A stretch of DNA of 64,000 nucleotides from Octopus vulgaris. Taxonomy: Eukaryota. Position 1 is the first letter of the stretch; each line of letters begins with the position of its first letter. The position numbers and the translations under genes were made by a program. Positions 15,522 through 29,250 of this stretch are shown one piece after another. Under the pieces are notes generated by a model that had not been told where the DNA came from, searched no databases, and saw only the letters and a program-made list of their open reading frames with translations. The stretch lies in assembly GCA_951406725.2 (NCBI GenBank), contig OX597816.1:2480001-2544000 (forward strand), in the 5' to 3' direction.

Positions 15522-15635
15522 GTGCCTGTGAGTCATTTTGCTAGTCATTGCCAACGCCGTTTAGAACGAGCCCTGCAGACTGGTGCGAAGAAAGGAGTTC
15601 GTAAGCCTGCCCTTGAAGAAATTGAACAATCTAAG
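15522..15635 (+). CDS. ARHGAP39: ARHGAP39-like exon (MyTH4 end)
   Basis: ttcag|GTG acceptor. Encodes VPVSHFASHCQRRLERALQTGAKKGVRKPALEEIEQSK. Donor AAG|gtttga. 114 nt, phase 0/0. Confidence 0.9.
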
Positions 15636-16235
15636 GTTTGACTTTATTGTTTTATTCCTATTATTATTATTATTATTATTGTTGTTATTCGTTTAGTTTG
15701 TTTTCCTTGCATTCTTTCTCGGCTCAGTTGAGCATAGCTCCATGTCCCTTGTATAATAGTTTGTTTTGGTTTGTATTTTCCGTTGCATAATCTGAGCACC
15801 ATGTGCTGCTACTTTGTTTATGTTGGATATGTTTGTAATTGAACATTTAAGCTTGTGTTAACAAGGATGTTAACACAAGGATGTCTGTGTGATTTGGTCC
15901 ATCCAACGCAAGTTTTCACGTCAGGCAACAGTCTCCCCCCTATTTGCTCTTGCATGTTTCCCTTATGTCTTCTGTTGATCACCTTCAGGTTCTCTTGGAA
16001 GTGTCTATGCTGCAAGACCCGTGGTCTTTCACATGTTACTTCTTTCTGTTGGTGTCCATCACAATGCAGTTTTTGCATGCCAAAGATCTGGCTTCCTCAA
16101 AATGCAACCAACCAATTATATTCTTCATTACTATTGACTAAATTTTTGTGCTAGGCCACTGGTAATAATAATTTCTATAATTCTTATTAGCCTAATATTC
16201 TTTATGTTTAAATATATGTATATATATACTCTCTC

Positions 16236-16603
16236 TCTTTTACTCTTTTACTTGTTTCAGTCATTTGACTGTGGCCATGCTGGAGCACCGCCTTTGGTCG
16301 AGCAAATCAACCCCGGGACTTGTTCTTTGTAGGCCCGGTACTTGTTCTATCGGTCTCTTTTGCCGAACCGCTAAGTGACGGGGATGTAAACACACCAGCA
16401 TTGGTTGTCGAGCAATGCTGGGGGGGGACAAACACAGACACACACATATATATATATACATATATACGACAGGCTTCTTTCACAAGGCATTGGTCGGCCC
16501 GAGGCTATAGCAGAAGACACTTGCCCAGGAGGCCACGCAGTGGGACTGAACCCGGAACCGTGTGGTTAGTTAGCAGGCTACTTACCACACAACCACTCCT
16601 GCG

Positions 16604-16605
<2 letters not shown>
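16236..16605 (-). mobile_element. tRNA-derived SINE family A
   Basis: Minus-strand head GGCGCAGGAGTGG..GTGTGGTAAG (A box), GGTTCAGTCCC (B box), tail (AAAAGAGT)n. Confidence 0.85.
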
Positions 16606-16636
<31 letters not shown>

Positions 16637-16639
<3 letters not shown>

Positions 16640-16976
16640 AGTGGGTGTGTGGTGGGTGGGTTGCCTACCAATCACATGGTTCCGGCTTCAGTCCCACTGC
16701 GTGGCATCTTGGGCAAGTGTCTTCTATAGCCTTGTGAATGGATTTCGTAGATGGAAACTGAAAGAAGCCCATTGTATATATATATATGTGTCGGTGGCAC
16801 ATAAAATCACCCACTACACTCTCGGAGTGGTTGGCATTAGGAAGGGCATCCAGCTGTAGAAACACTGCCAGATCTGACTGGCCTGGTGCAGCCTTCGGGC
16901 TCCCCAGACCCCAGTTGAACCGTCCAACCCATGCTAGCATGGAAAGCGGACGTTAAACGATGATGATGATGATGAT
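16637..16976 (+). mobile_element. Chimeric SINE: family-A tRNA head with RTE-derived (GAT)n tail
   Basis: Same head as family A but ends in CCAACCCATGCTAGCATGGAAAGCGGACGTTAAAC(GAT)n. Similar copies at about 1430-1790 and 52990-53445. Confidence 0.75.
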
Positions 16977-17403
16977 CACATTTAAATGATTGCCATATTG
17001 TGCACAGTACATTATTGAAAGCCATCTTGATTAGTGTTCTATTCTAGCATGAAACTTGAAGTAGATCATGGATAGCTCCTGTATTCATTAAATGATGTTT
17101 ATCTCTCACTGGATTTAGTACTTTTTTTGCTGATCTTCTCAACAAGCAAACAGTTACATGATGATCATCACTAGTGTCAATTCCATATAAAAACGCACCC
17201 ATCTGCTCTGTAAAATGGTTGGCATTAGGAAGGGCATCCACACATAGAAACTATGCCAATGTTGATATTGTTACATGGCACAGTCCTCCAATTTGTCCAA
17301 CACATCCCAACTTAGAAGCCAGATGTTAAATGATGTTGTGTCAAGAACAAGATACTCCTTTTGATTTATAAAATATATTTATTCTTTTCTCTTTGGAATT
17401 TAG

Positions 17404-17565
<162 letters not shown>

Positions 17566-17971
17566 TGAATACTCCCCTTCACTTTCCATTCTTCATCTTT
17601 TGGAGTTTTTTTTCTTTATTTTATTTAATCATTAACTCTCATTTGCTTAGTTTTACATAAATGTGAAATCCAAATAAATATGGACCTGGTTATAACATCT
17701 GTTGTTCGAGATCTCTCTGTAGTTGTCAGAAAGCATAGACAAATCCCTGACCTAGTTAAACATTGGGAATGTGAAAACTGGAGGCAAAAAGAAGGGTCCG
17801 TACTCAATGTTTACAGCTGAGCAAACTAGAACATAGTGAAATGATGTGCCTTGCCCAAGGAGACAATGTGTCTCTCAAATAATGAACTGAAATCCAGGCC
17901 TTATGAGGGTGGGGCCAACACCCTCGCCACTAGATCATATTCTTTCACACCCAAATGGAGAAACAGCAAAT

Positions 17972-18044
17972 CAGATAAACGTATTAGGCCAGATAAGGGT
18001 ATTAGGCCAGATAAGGGTATTAGACCAGATAAGGGTATTAGACC
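17972..18044. repeat. 18-bp tandem repeat x4 (CAGATAAGGGTATTAGRC)
   Basis: Directly visible in the ARHGAP39 intron. Confidence 0.9.
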
Positions 18045-18252
18045 ATCTGCTCACCTCTTAGGAGTTCAAATTGGCAACAAATGTTCGTGTTGGAAGAAGA
18101 TTTTTCATTGCCTTAACTCACGTGTGAACATCTCAAAGGCCACTAATCATTGTAATCTCCTGGTGGATCTGCAACAGTTCCTGTTATCATAAAATCATCA
18201 TACACAACTTTCTAGCCCCCCCCCCCCCCAAATGAACTTAACTTTGTTTTTG

Positions 18253-18471
18253 TTATCCTATTCCTGTTGAAATAAGCAGCCTTTGTTTCAATTGATTTTT
18301 TGAAGATAGTGATGAGTTCAATAAAACACCTTTTGCCAGTATTAAGGTGATGTTTAGAACAAATTGACATGAAATTTTAATGGAAGGTCTTAATTTAAAT
18401 TTCTTTATAACATGAAGCTGGTGTGATAGAAGCTGGGCCAGTCCCAAGTAAATTGGTATCAAAAGGGTTAA
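18253..18471. mobile_element. piggyBac-type MITE (TTAA-CCC ends), degenerate
   Basis: Ends ...GGTATCAAAAGGGTTAA. Related copies begin TTAACCCTATTGATACC (about 3164) and TTAAATCTTTTGATGCC (24981-25207), and one ends ATCAAAAGGGTTAA (about 63861). Confidence 0.5.
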
Positions 18472-18586
18472 TGAAATGGATCCATTAGGGCAGCACTTTT
18501 TTTTTATGTTTCCCTGAGTAGTTTGGAATTTGGAGAAACTATGTATTTGAATATCTATTTTTCTAAATTTTTAAACTGAAAATTAA

Positions 18587-18922
<336 letters not shown>

Positions 18923-19747
18923 TAATTTTCCTCTTTGTCTGTTCTTCAACTGTGTTTTGGAAATAGATTTACTTCATCTTGGGGGAAACTTTTGAGACAT
19001 TTTAGGAATCATACCTCTTGGAAATAAATAATTTTTTTTATTTGTGATGTGCTATGGCTGTGTGGTTAAGAAGTTTGCTTCCCAGCCACATGGTTTTGAG
19101 TTCAGTTCCACTGTATGACACCTTGGGCAAATATTTTCTATTATATCAGGGGCAACCAAAGCCTTGTGAGTGGATTTGGTTGTTGGAAATTGAAACAGTT
19201 CATCATATTTGTGTGTGAATGTATACACACACACACACATATTTGAGGTGGGTGGGGGGTCTCTTTTCTTGACATCAGCAATAGTTTTATAAACGAGCCT
19301 CAAGCAAGTGGTGGTGTTCATTTCCAACGGTGAGTGTTGGTGACAAGGAGAGCATCCAGCCGTTGGAAATCTTCCTAACAAATTATGTCCAACTGATGCC
19401 AGCAGGGAATAAGGGATTTTAAAGCAGAGTACAATGATTTGCTTTTGTGTATTTGTATAGTTCCCTTAACCCATATATACTCGTGGGTGCATTTTTGCAA
19501 TGCAAAACCTGCTCCTATTTGTTTGGATACGAACTCACCAGGAAGCCTCTGACTGAACATAGGAAATGTTCCGTAGGGAGTCAACACCCGGAGCTAATGG
19601 TTGCGTCCTGCGCTACTCTTCCAGGTTGTGAAAGCTTACCATTACGTTTAATCTAAACACAGTGAAATTTTTTATGAGCATGTATGCGTTAAAACCCTAT
19701 CAATTTTGATTAACCGTTTTTTGTTTTTTTTTGTTGCTTGTTTCTAG

Positions 19748-19942
<195 letters not shown>

Positions 19943-21092
19943 TTGCTCATGGCATTTGAGTTTTTGTGCTTTCATTACAATACACTTAAGAATAATATAA
20001 TTGTTTATATATATATATACATATGTATATATATAGACACACACACACACACATGTGCACACACTTTATTTTTTGTTTTTTGTTAAGAGTGTCTGTGTGA
20101 TTGAAATTATACACACGATGTGTATCTGTTTGTATTCAGAAAATGGAAAGATTTAAGCATCTAATAATTATGTTATTTTTATTCTAATCATTATTATCAT
20201 CATTATTTGTCAGGGGAAATTAGCTAACAAATTAAAAAGCCTACATTTTATAATATTTTTTATTTCTAATATCTTTTTTTTTGGTCCAAGATAAAGCTTT
20301 ATATTGTGTTAACTGGCATAGCTAAGCAGTGATATCTTTTAAAAAGGCAGCTATTGGCAATTAGGCAATAACACAGGTTGTTATTGCTGTCAGGCTCTGC
20401 TTACCTCCACTCAATGTACTTTCAGTTGAACACTGACCCACCAACATTTAACCAGATTTCTTATTTTACTCTCCCTCTCTCTCTCGCTCTCTCTCTCTCT
20501 CATCTATCGATCTATCTAATCTAATTTATCTATCCATCTATTTGTCAATTTATCTTTAAAAAAACTTTATTTTCATTTTTTTCCCTAAAGAAATATCCAT
20601 TTAGTTATAAACTAGCTAAAATCAAGAAAAAAAAGAAACAAACACAAAGAATAGTCCAGAGAGGCACTTTCAAATCTTTTGAATTAAATCTTAACAAAGA
20701 TATTTAAAATTTAGGATAAGGGGATCACTTACTCTCCTATTATTTTCAAAGTGAAATTATTTTTTTTTAATACCTTTTTTTAAGTAAAAAAAAGCAAATC
20801 TTTCATTCTCGTAGTCCAACTCTTTCTCAATATTAACATTTCTCACTAAAGAATTATGCTTATGTAATCGTGTTCTAACAGCTGCTCTGAATTGCCTGGA
20901 ATAATGGTCTGTGGTTAATTTCTACAAGAGTAACTGTTTATTTATCTTGTTATTGTATTCAAAAATGGCGCCAGGGTCTAAATCTTAGTTTTTGCAACCA
21001 TCAAAAAAAGCAAATATGTGTGTGTATATGTGTGTGTTTGCATGATATATATATATGCTATATGCATAAATGTGTAATACACATATATATGC

Positions 21093-21128
<36 letters not shown>

Positions 21129-21682
21129 CATACACATGCATATTTACCTGCCTATATATATGTGTGTATGTTTATGTATATATATATATATATACTCACA
21201 TACATGCATGTATATGCATATATATATATATACACACATGAACATATATGTGCACACACGCACACACACACACACACTCACATAAATATATACACACATA
21301 TGAAATGCTTTACCTTTTCATTGAATTTCAAGTGATTTCTTAAATTTTTTTTTATCTTCTGGTGTACAAAATGTCATTTCCTGTAAATTGTATTGCTACA
21401 GGGAATACATTTATTTTCAAACAAAGAAACAAGCCCCTAACCCCCCGAAACAGAAAGAATGAAGAAACTACAACTTCCTTGTGTAAGAAAAGACAAAGGC
21501 ATCTATATCTTGTATAAAAAAACACAACTGGTAAGAGTTCTATGAATGTTGTTCCCTTCTCACGACAGTTCTATACATCATGCTTTGTTGATAAAAAAAA
21601 AAAACAACTCTAAAATTGTAATATATTGAATTATGTATGTGTAATATACACATGCACACACACTCATATTAGTGTTTGTGTA

Positions 21683-21717
<35 letters not shown>

Positions 21718-21971
21718 ATAGGTAGACACATTCACATACACATAGATGAGTGTGTGTATGGATGTGCATGTATGCTAGGTTGGATGTTTATATATATATA
21801 CACACATATATATATATATATATATAGGTTGCATGAACATATGCAGCCAGGATACATGTGTATAAGTGTAGTGCATATAGGATCTAAATGTACATTAGAT
21901 TCAATATGCAATTTGCATGCTGCAGGTGTCGGTGCCACACTTCATATTCCTGAATGAGGTACATGTGAAGT

Positions 21972-22018
<47 letters not shown>

Positions 22019-22437
22019 ATCTATATATAATTAATGTTTGAAATATGTATACATATGTATAATATGTGATCCTTCAAGAATTTAGTTAATGTATGTAAAA
22101 TAAAAAGAAAAAATCAAAAAGCATTGTACATACATGTTTTAAGTTTCCTTAGAATCTATGTAGTGTGTGTATATTCAGGTGTGTTTGCGTGTATGATGTG
22201 TTGGTTTATGTATCAGTATATATATGTTCATATGTGTGAGTATGTTTATATGTATTTAAGTAACAGAATATATATATACATATATGTATACACACATACA
22301 CACATGTATATATATGCACACACACACTTACACACATACACATGAATACACTTATGTGGGACAAATACACATCTATGTGTCTAGATGTAAATATATGCTT
22401 CACACATATGCATGCCCACACATACACACAAATGCAT

Positions 22438-22474
<37 letters not shown>

Positions 22475-25400
22475 CATACACACATACACATGTGCATGAA
22501 CATGCACAAGCATTTGTAGCAAATGAATATTTATTGCCAAAAGAAATCAGTTTTGATCTTAATTTTTCTGGGTCTTCAAACCTGAAGCTATGCAAATGAA
22601 AGCAGCCCCTCCCTTAACAAATGCTCGATTTCAATCCAAGCAACATTTAACTTGACTCAAAACAGGAAAGATTGAAAAGCGTGTCCCTCAAACTGCGACC
22701 TCCACCCACTCACCTCTTCTTTTCTTTGTTTCCTTTGTTTTTGTTATGACTTCATTGTTGAAATTTTTTGTTTATTTCTTTAAATTTGTGGCTTACTTTT
22801 TTTCACTGTAGTTCAAATCAACGATGCTTCAAAAACGTGGTGTAGCCAAAAGTTGTTAGCCCTCCCAAATTACTAGATAGAAACTCCCCTAAATCCACTG
22901 TGATTCTCAAAGCAATGTTGGAATAGGTAGAGTTCCTTGTTGAAAATTCTAAAACGAGAAACCATAGATAATAGTTTGATTTTCTCGACTTTTCACCTCA
23001 CGCTTTTTGGTTGTGTTTAATACAGTTTCGATCCAAATATAGTGTTAAACAACAAAATGATGAGGTTAATGGACCTTGAAATTTAAAGTATTATCAGGAA
23101 TGTTTCTTGTTTCAGTTGTATCTTCGACATTTGAACACTTAAGATTAAAAAACTGGTTTCGAACATTGAAAGATTTCATGCCAGTTTAGACTTTTTAACC
23201 TCCAGACTTAATTTTGAAATACAGAACTCAGAAATACTTCACAATACTCCCCTTCATACAACCATTTCTCTCTCTCTTAAGCTATTCAAGTGCAGATTGT
23301 TGGATATATATGTGTGTATATATGTATATACACACTCACACACATAGTTTTTATATTGGCTGCTTTCCTTGTCTCCTTTGAAAAACTCCGTTAATCCTAA
23401 ACATTCCAACATTTAGAAAGAAAATTCCACTTTATGATTTATGAAGAGTTAAAGTTATTCTTAGGAATTTAGACCAGTACTGCTAAGCAATAATAGGAAT
23501 AATTGTTTCGGATTTTGGTCCAAGTCCAGCAGTTTTAGAGGGTGTATGTTAGTTAGTACCATCCACCACCCACACCTGCACCCCCTACTTGGTTGGGACT
23601 TTATTTTATTGACCCTGAAAGGATGAAAGTTGATCTCAATAAAATTTGAACTCAGACTGTCACTGCTGCTAAGTGTTTTGTTTGAGCTGTTGATGATTCT
23701 GGCAGCTCACTGCCTCTAACTGTTGCTGTTTTAGGCAGAAGGGAGACCAGGGATAGTTGATACCATCAACCCCAGTACTTGACAGGTATCCAAAAGGATG
23801 AAAGGCAAAGTTGACCTCAGCAGGATTTGAACTCAGAATGTAAAGAGCTGGAACGAATGCCACAAAGCAATTTTTCTGGCACTAACCATTCTTCCAGCAA
23901 TAATAACAATAATATGGTTCTTAAGTAGTGAGAATTTTTTTGTTGTTGGATTACTATTACTACTACTTCTACAACTAAGGCAGTAAGCTGGCCAAGTCAT
24001 TAATGCATTGGGCAAAATGAATTACTGCATTTCTCTCAGCTCTCTGTTTTCTGAGTTCAAATCATGTCCAGGTTGTTTGCCTGTCATCCCCTCCTGGGTC
24101 ATTAAAATAGAGTGCCAGTTAATATACCAGGGTTGATAAAGCCAACTAGCCCTCACCTTCCCCATGCCAAAGTTCGAAGCACTTATTATCCTGAAGACAG
24201 TGAGCTGGTGGAATTGTTGGGGCATCAGACCAAATGCTTAGCAGCATTACTTCTGGGTCAGTAGCTCTGAGTCATATCCTGCCATGGTCAGCTTTGTCTT
24301 TCATTCTTTTTGGGGGTTGATCAAATAAGCACGAGCTAAGTACTGCAGTATATCTAATCAACTTGCTCTTTCCCCTCGAAATTACTGACTTTCTACCTAT
24401 CATACAAAGAATTTTTTTCTTTTTTTGTACCATAGTAGATTCGCAACTTAATTCTGATTTTTTTTTAATGTGATTTCTCAGCTGAAAGATAAAATATAAA
24501 AACAAACCCTAACCGTTCCATTGTGTAGCCTACTTTTCTCTGCTTGCTTTCAATGGTCATGTTTGCCAAATGACTTACTTGCTCTTTGATGCTGCTGCTG
24601 GGTCGGTAGACTTCCAGAGATAATTCCTTTATAATTCTGCTTTACTTGGCAAGCTCTGAAGTTGAGGGATTTACCATTTGTCGGAACAACTTTCGTTTAA
24701 ACAATTGGAAGAGTTCAGTTGTTTCATATCCTTCTGGTTTAGTCTTTCGAATTTGTTTTCTTCACTCAGAGTTCAATGCTTAAGGACATACAAATGTGAA
24801 AATGGTAACTACAGGCTTGTTTCTTACCAGAAAGTCTTTGGAACAAAATGTATCCTATTTCTTTATTTTATTTTCTGAGGTTTTAGAGGAAAGTGAGCAA
24901 AACCAAAAGAACGATAGATGGAACCTATCGTCTACCAAAACTAGTTGTCATTTAATTGTTAGTTATTTTAATGACATATATTAAATCTTTTGATGCCAAA
25001 CTGTCTGAGAGCATCTCTGGTTCTATGATAGCCAATCATTGGTTTGAACTGATCTAAATTAAAAGCTTGTGTGGAAATTTCAGATTCATTTTTATGTTCC
25101 AAACTTTGACCTAGTGATAGTTATTTTACTAAATTCTTTGTTATTTTCAAAATTAATTGAAAGCAAAGGCCATGTATTTCAATGGAGATTTGATAAGAAA
25201 GGGTCAAGGTGCACACATTTGTTCCACATTGGGAACAACTGGTTTTTTCATCTACAAAGCTCAAAATTCATCAATTAATATAATGTCTATGTTTATAAAC
25301 ACAGGTATAATTTTTTCCAAATTCCCCACATATGTAAGTTTAGACAATTCTTCAGATACCGGGAAAAAAGAAAACAAATCAGAAATTCCAACAAAACCCC

Positions 25401-26506
25401 AAATGCTGCACTTCATTTGAAGCCAAAGTATTGATGCTGATCCTTCCTTTCAACCAAAGCGTTTCTTCTGTCAACAATTTAATTCAAAATATTTATTTTT
25501 ATCATTTTGCATTGTTTTCAAAATTTCTCTCAGTTGCTAACTTTCTCAAGTTTTTCGGCCAATTTAAGAAAATCTTTTTCTTTGCAACATTTCTTTCTCT
25601 TTCATACATTAAAAACCCCATCAAGGGATATTTTGTTTCTTTCAAATTTTTTCTTCTCTATTTTCATAGATTCTTTTTGAAGACAAAAATAAAATATTTT
25701 TTTATTAAAATTTGTTTTATCCCTATATCCTGACCCCTAATTTCAATTAAGATTAATACTTAATTCCAAGTTTTCTAGGGGCTGCCCTGTTATTTGGAAC
25801 AGTTGTTGTCCCCCAAATTGTTTATAAATTCTTTCCAAATGAATTGTTTCCAAAAGAAAACAAAATTCAAATCAGATGTCAAATTATTGCTGCTAGTAAA
25901 TTATGGAGTAAATGAGATCATTGATAGCTGAGGGTTTTAAATGGCAATTATATACTATTCAAAAGGGCAAACAGACAAAGAAAATTTCTTTTCTTTTTTT
26001 TTTAAGATTTTAAATTATGAAAATATTTTAATATATCAGTAAAAATCTACGTTCATTAAACACAATATTTTCCAAATTTCAAAAAAAGCATTGTTTTTTT
26101 ATTGTTTTAATTTTGTTTTTGTTTGTTTGTTTTGTTTTTTTGTTTTTGTTTTTTGTTTTTTGTTTGTTTTTTTTACATTTTGTTTGAATTCAGAATATTT
26201 CTGGATTCCATTTCGTTGAGAAAAATCACAAACTTTTGAAATATAATATTTAGTAAATTGAAAATTTTGTTGATATTTTTCTTAAAGATATATTTTGAGT
26301 TTATTTCTTTGAATGAAATGAATTCATTTCATTTTCTTTTCTATTTTTTTTTTTTTTTTGTTCCATATTTAAGAAACTGAGCTTTTGGCTTAAATTTCCA
26401 ATTGCTATGAATCCCTGTGTTTATGTAAAAATATTTATGCAAATCTTATATATACTTGTACACATGTACATATGTTTGTGTGTATGTATGTGGGATAGTG
26501 AGTGTA

Positions 26507-26539
<33 letters not shown>

Positions 26540-27646
26540 GTGTGTGTATGTCTTTCACATACGTTACCAATTTTGATTGATTTCTCTGTGCTCACTCATT
26601 GCTGACAGCTAGAAGCCATTTCCTGTTTTATCTTCTGAACAAAAAGAAAAAAAAAAAATAGTCGTTTATCACTTTCAAAGCTCTATCTTTTTTGGCTCTC
26701 ACTGCTAAAGACAAAGGACCAAGCTGCGTTCGAGGTCCCTCCCACCACCACCACCACCACCATCATCAACCACTACCACCACCACCACCACCACCACCAC
26801 CAATCCATACACATCAGCTAGACTTTTTAACATACATTTCTATATTTCCATTTTCAATCTCCCCCACCACAAAAAGAAAAAGAAAAAAAGATTCACTTAA
26901 TGTTTTGAAACATTTTTTTCCCTCTCTCACTGTATCAAATTTTCCTCCCACCTGTGCCACAGTTTTCTGACATTTTTGGTGTACATGAGTAAATTTCTGC
27001 TTTCAGAAGTATAACCTTTTGACTTAAGTGAGGATATTACTTACCAGGAGATCTTTTCGCATGTGGACAAATTGAGAGCGGCATAACATTCAAGTGCAGT
27101 GTGTATAACGAAATCCAAACTGGAGCGTAGGTAAACACTGTTGTTCTTGGTATATAATGCCAACGTGCCTTTTCTGACCGACTCTACACCTGGATTGAGA
27201 AATGGAGTCTAATTTCTTGACCTGAGGAGACAAAGGTAACATTAAAAACAGCAAGCATTCTTTGCTCTTGAAGATGGCAACTCCTTGCTGGAAACTGACA
27301 TCTTTGGCCAGAACTGGTTCGGCCGAGACCGAGAGCAGTGCTGAAACGGAAGGAGTGAGTGTTGGCAGAATATCTGAACCTTAATGTTGCAAAGTGCTAC
27401 TCTTCATCAACATCAGAATAGAATGGAATGAAAGTTGGTGCAGAGAGAGCAGAAGGAAATGGTCACAATCACTTTTAAATGAGTAGCTTTTCTTCATATT
27501 CTTTCATTCCTCCATCTTATATATATGTATCTAAATGTGTATGTATGTATGTATACACATACACACACACAGACACACACAAATACTCAACTACATGGAC
27601 TATATAGGTAGTGTGTGTGCATATGTTGTATATAGTACACATTATA

Positions 27647-27680
<34 letters not shown>

Positions 27681-29034
27681 TTACTATACATATATACACA
27701 CATAAACATGCACACACACGCACATATATATATACTCGTATATGTATGTGTTTGTGTATACATATGTGTATCTGCAGCATGATATTTGAAAGATGTTCTA
27801 TAAACATTTTGTAAATGAAAGATATTTTTCACACTATATCGTATCCAATGTATTAAATGTGTGAGCACAGTTTGGGAATTTAACTATTAGGAGGAGGAGG
27901 ACGACAACAACCAAATGTTGCACATTACCTGATTCTCTCTCTCTCTCTCACCTGCAAAGTCAGGTGAGAGATGCAATGTCTGCTACTTTAATATCCTGAA
28001 ATGAATTTTTTTTTTTTTACTTAATGGGAAGGAAATAAGAAGGCATTTGGCCAATTACAATTTTTTTTTCTGTCCCCCTCCCCTCCAGTGTTTTCTTTCT
28101 TCCTAAAATACCCAGTAAACTGGCTCAGTTCTTGTGATTTGAATAATATTAGTAGAACTAGCATTAGTGGACAAGACTGCAGAGTAAGAAGAGTTCCAAC
28201 TAAATTTCTAGCTAGCTAACTAACCCTGTAGCCATCGACCTGTTGTTACATTGTGGAGTGATATATATATATATTAGAGGAAGGTTGGTTTTTATGCAGT
28301 GGAGAGATTCATAGCAAAAGGAAAGGAATAGAAAATTTCAGGGTCTGACCACAACCAGTGTTGTCATTCTATTGCAATAAAACTGTCGTCCCTTCTTAGC
28401 TAAGTCAATTGTTGACTTGTGAGCAGTTTCTTGAAATTCTTCTCCCTTCTTCCATGGATTGTACTGACATAAAAAAAAAAAAGAAATAATAAAAAGTGTA
28501 GCAAGCTTTTCTAAGCCCGTTCTCTCATTGTGTGTGCATCTGTAAGATCATTGACAACGTGTGTGTGGGTGTGTGTGTGCTTGTTTTGCCTATCTTTGGA
28601 GGATTCTCTGTGAACCTCTTCGCAGTGAGTTCTCAGCTTGTGAAGTTAATCTTTTCGGTTACGTAGAGCTAATGCATTGCTGTGTGTATGTATGCGTGTG
28701 TCCTTACATACTACCCTCCTGCACGTCCCATGCTTCTTAAACTAACGTTTTTCTCTACTGAGTATTTATATTAAGATGCTTAGTTTAAAAGAATCAGTCT
28801 TTTCCAGTCCTCTTCTAATAACCAACCTTCTTGTCCTCTTCAATACAACAGCTACAGTAATTTTGCCTTTAGGGACAGGGCTTTATTTTTTCCCCCACCC
28901 ATGGAAGGTTAAAAATTGCCATTCTATACTCATTACAACACCTTAGTTTCAGTCATGAGTTCAGTATGAAAGCAAAATTTACCTTCAATATAATTTCCAT
29001 TTCTCTCCCTCCCTCCTCTCTCTCTTTCTCTCTC

Positions 29035-29084
29035 ACACACACACACACATATAATAAATATATATACACACACACATATATATA

Positions 29085-29135
<51 letters not shown>

Positions 29136-29195
29136 CATATATATATACATATATATATATATGTATGTATATATATATATATATATATACATATA

Positions 29196-29249
<54 letters not shown>
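29035..29249. repeat. (CA)n/(TA)n microsatellite block (others at about 21010-21300, 21650-22500, 27520-27780)
   Basis: Directly visible. Confidence 0.95.

Positions 29250-29250
<1 letters not shown>

Noticed and set aside
21020-22599. ORFs rich in YI/HT/CV
   Set aside because: Translations of (TA)n/(CA)n microsatellites.
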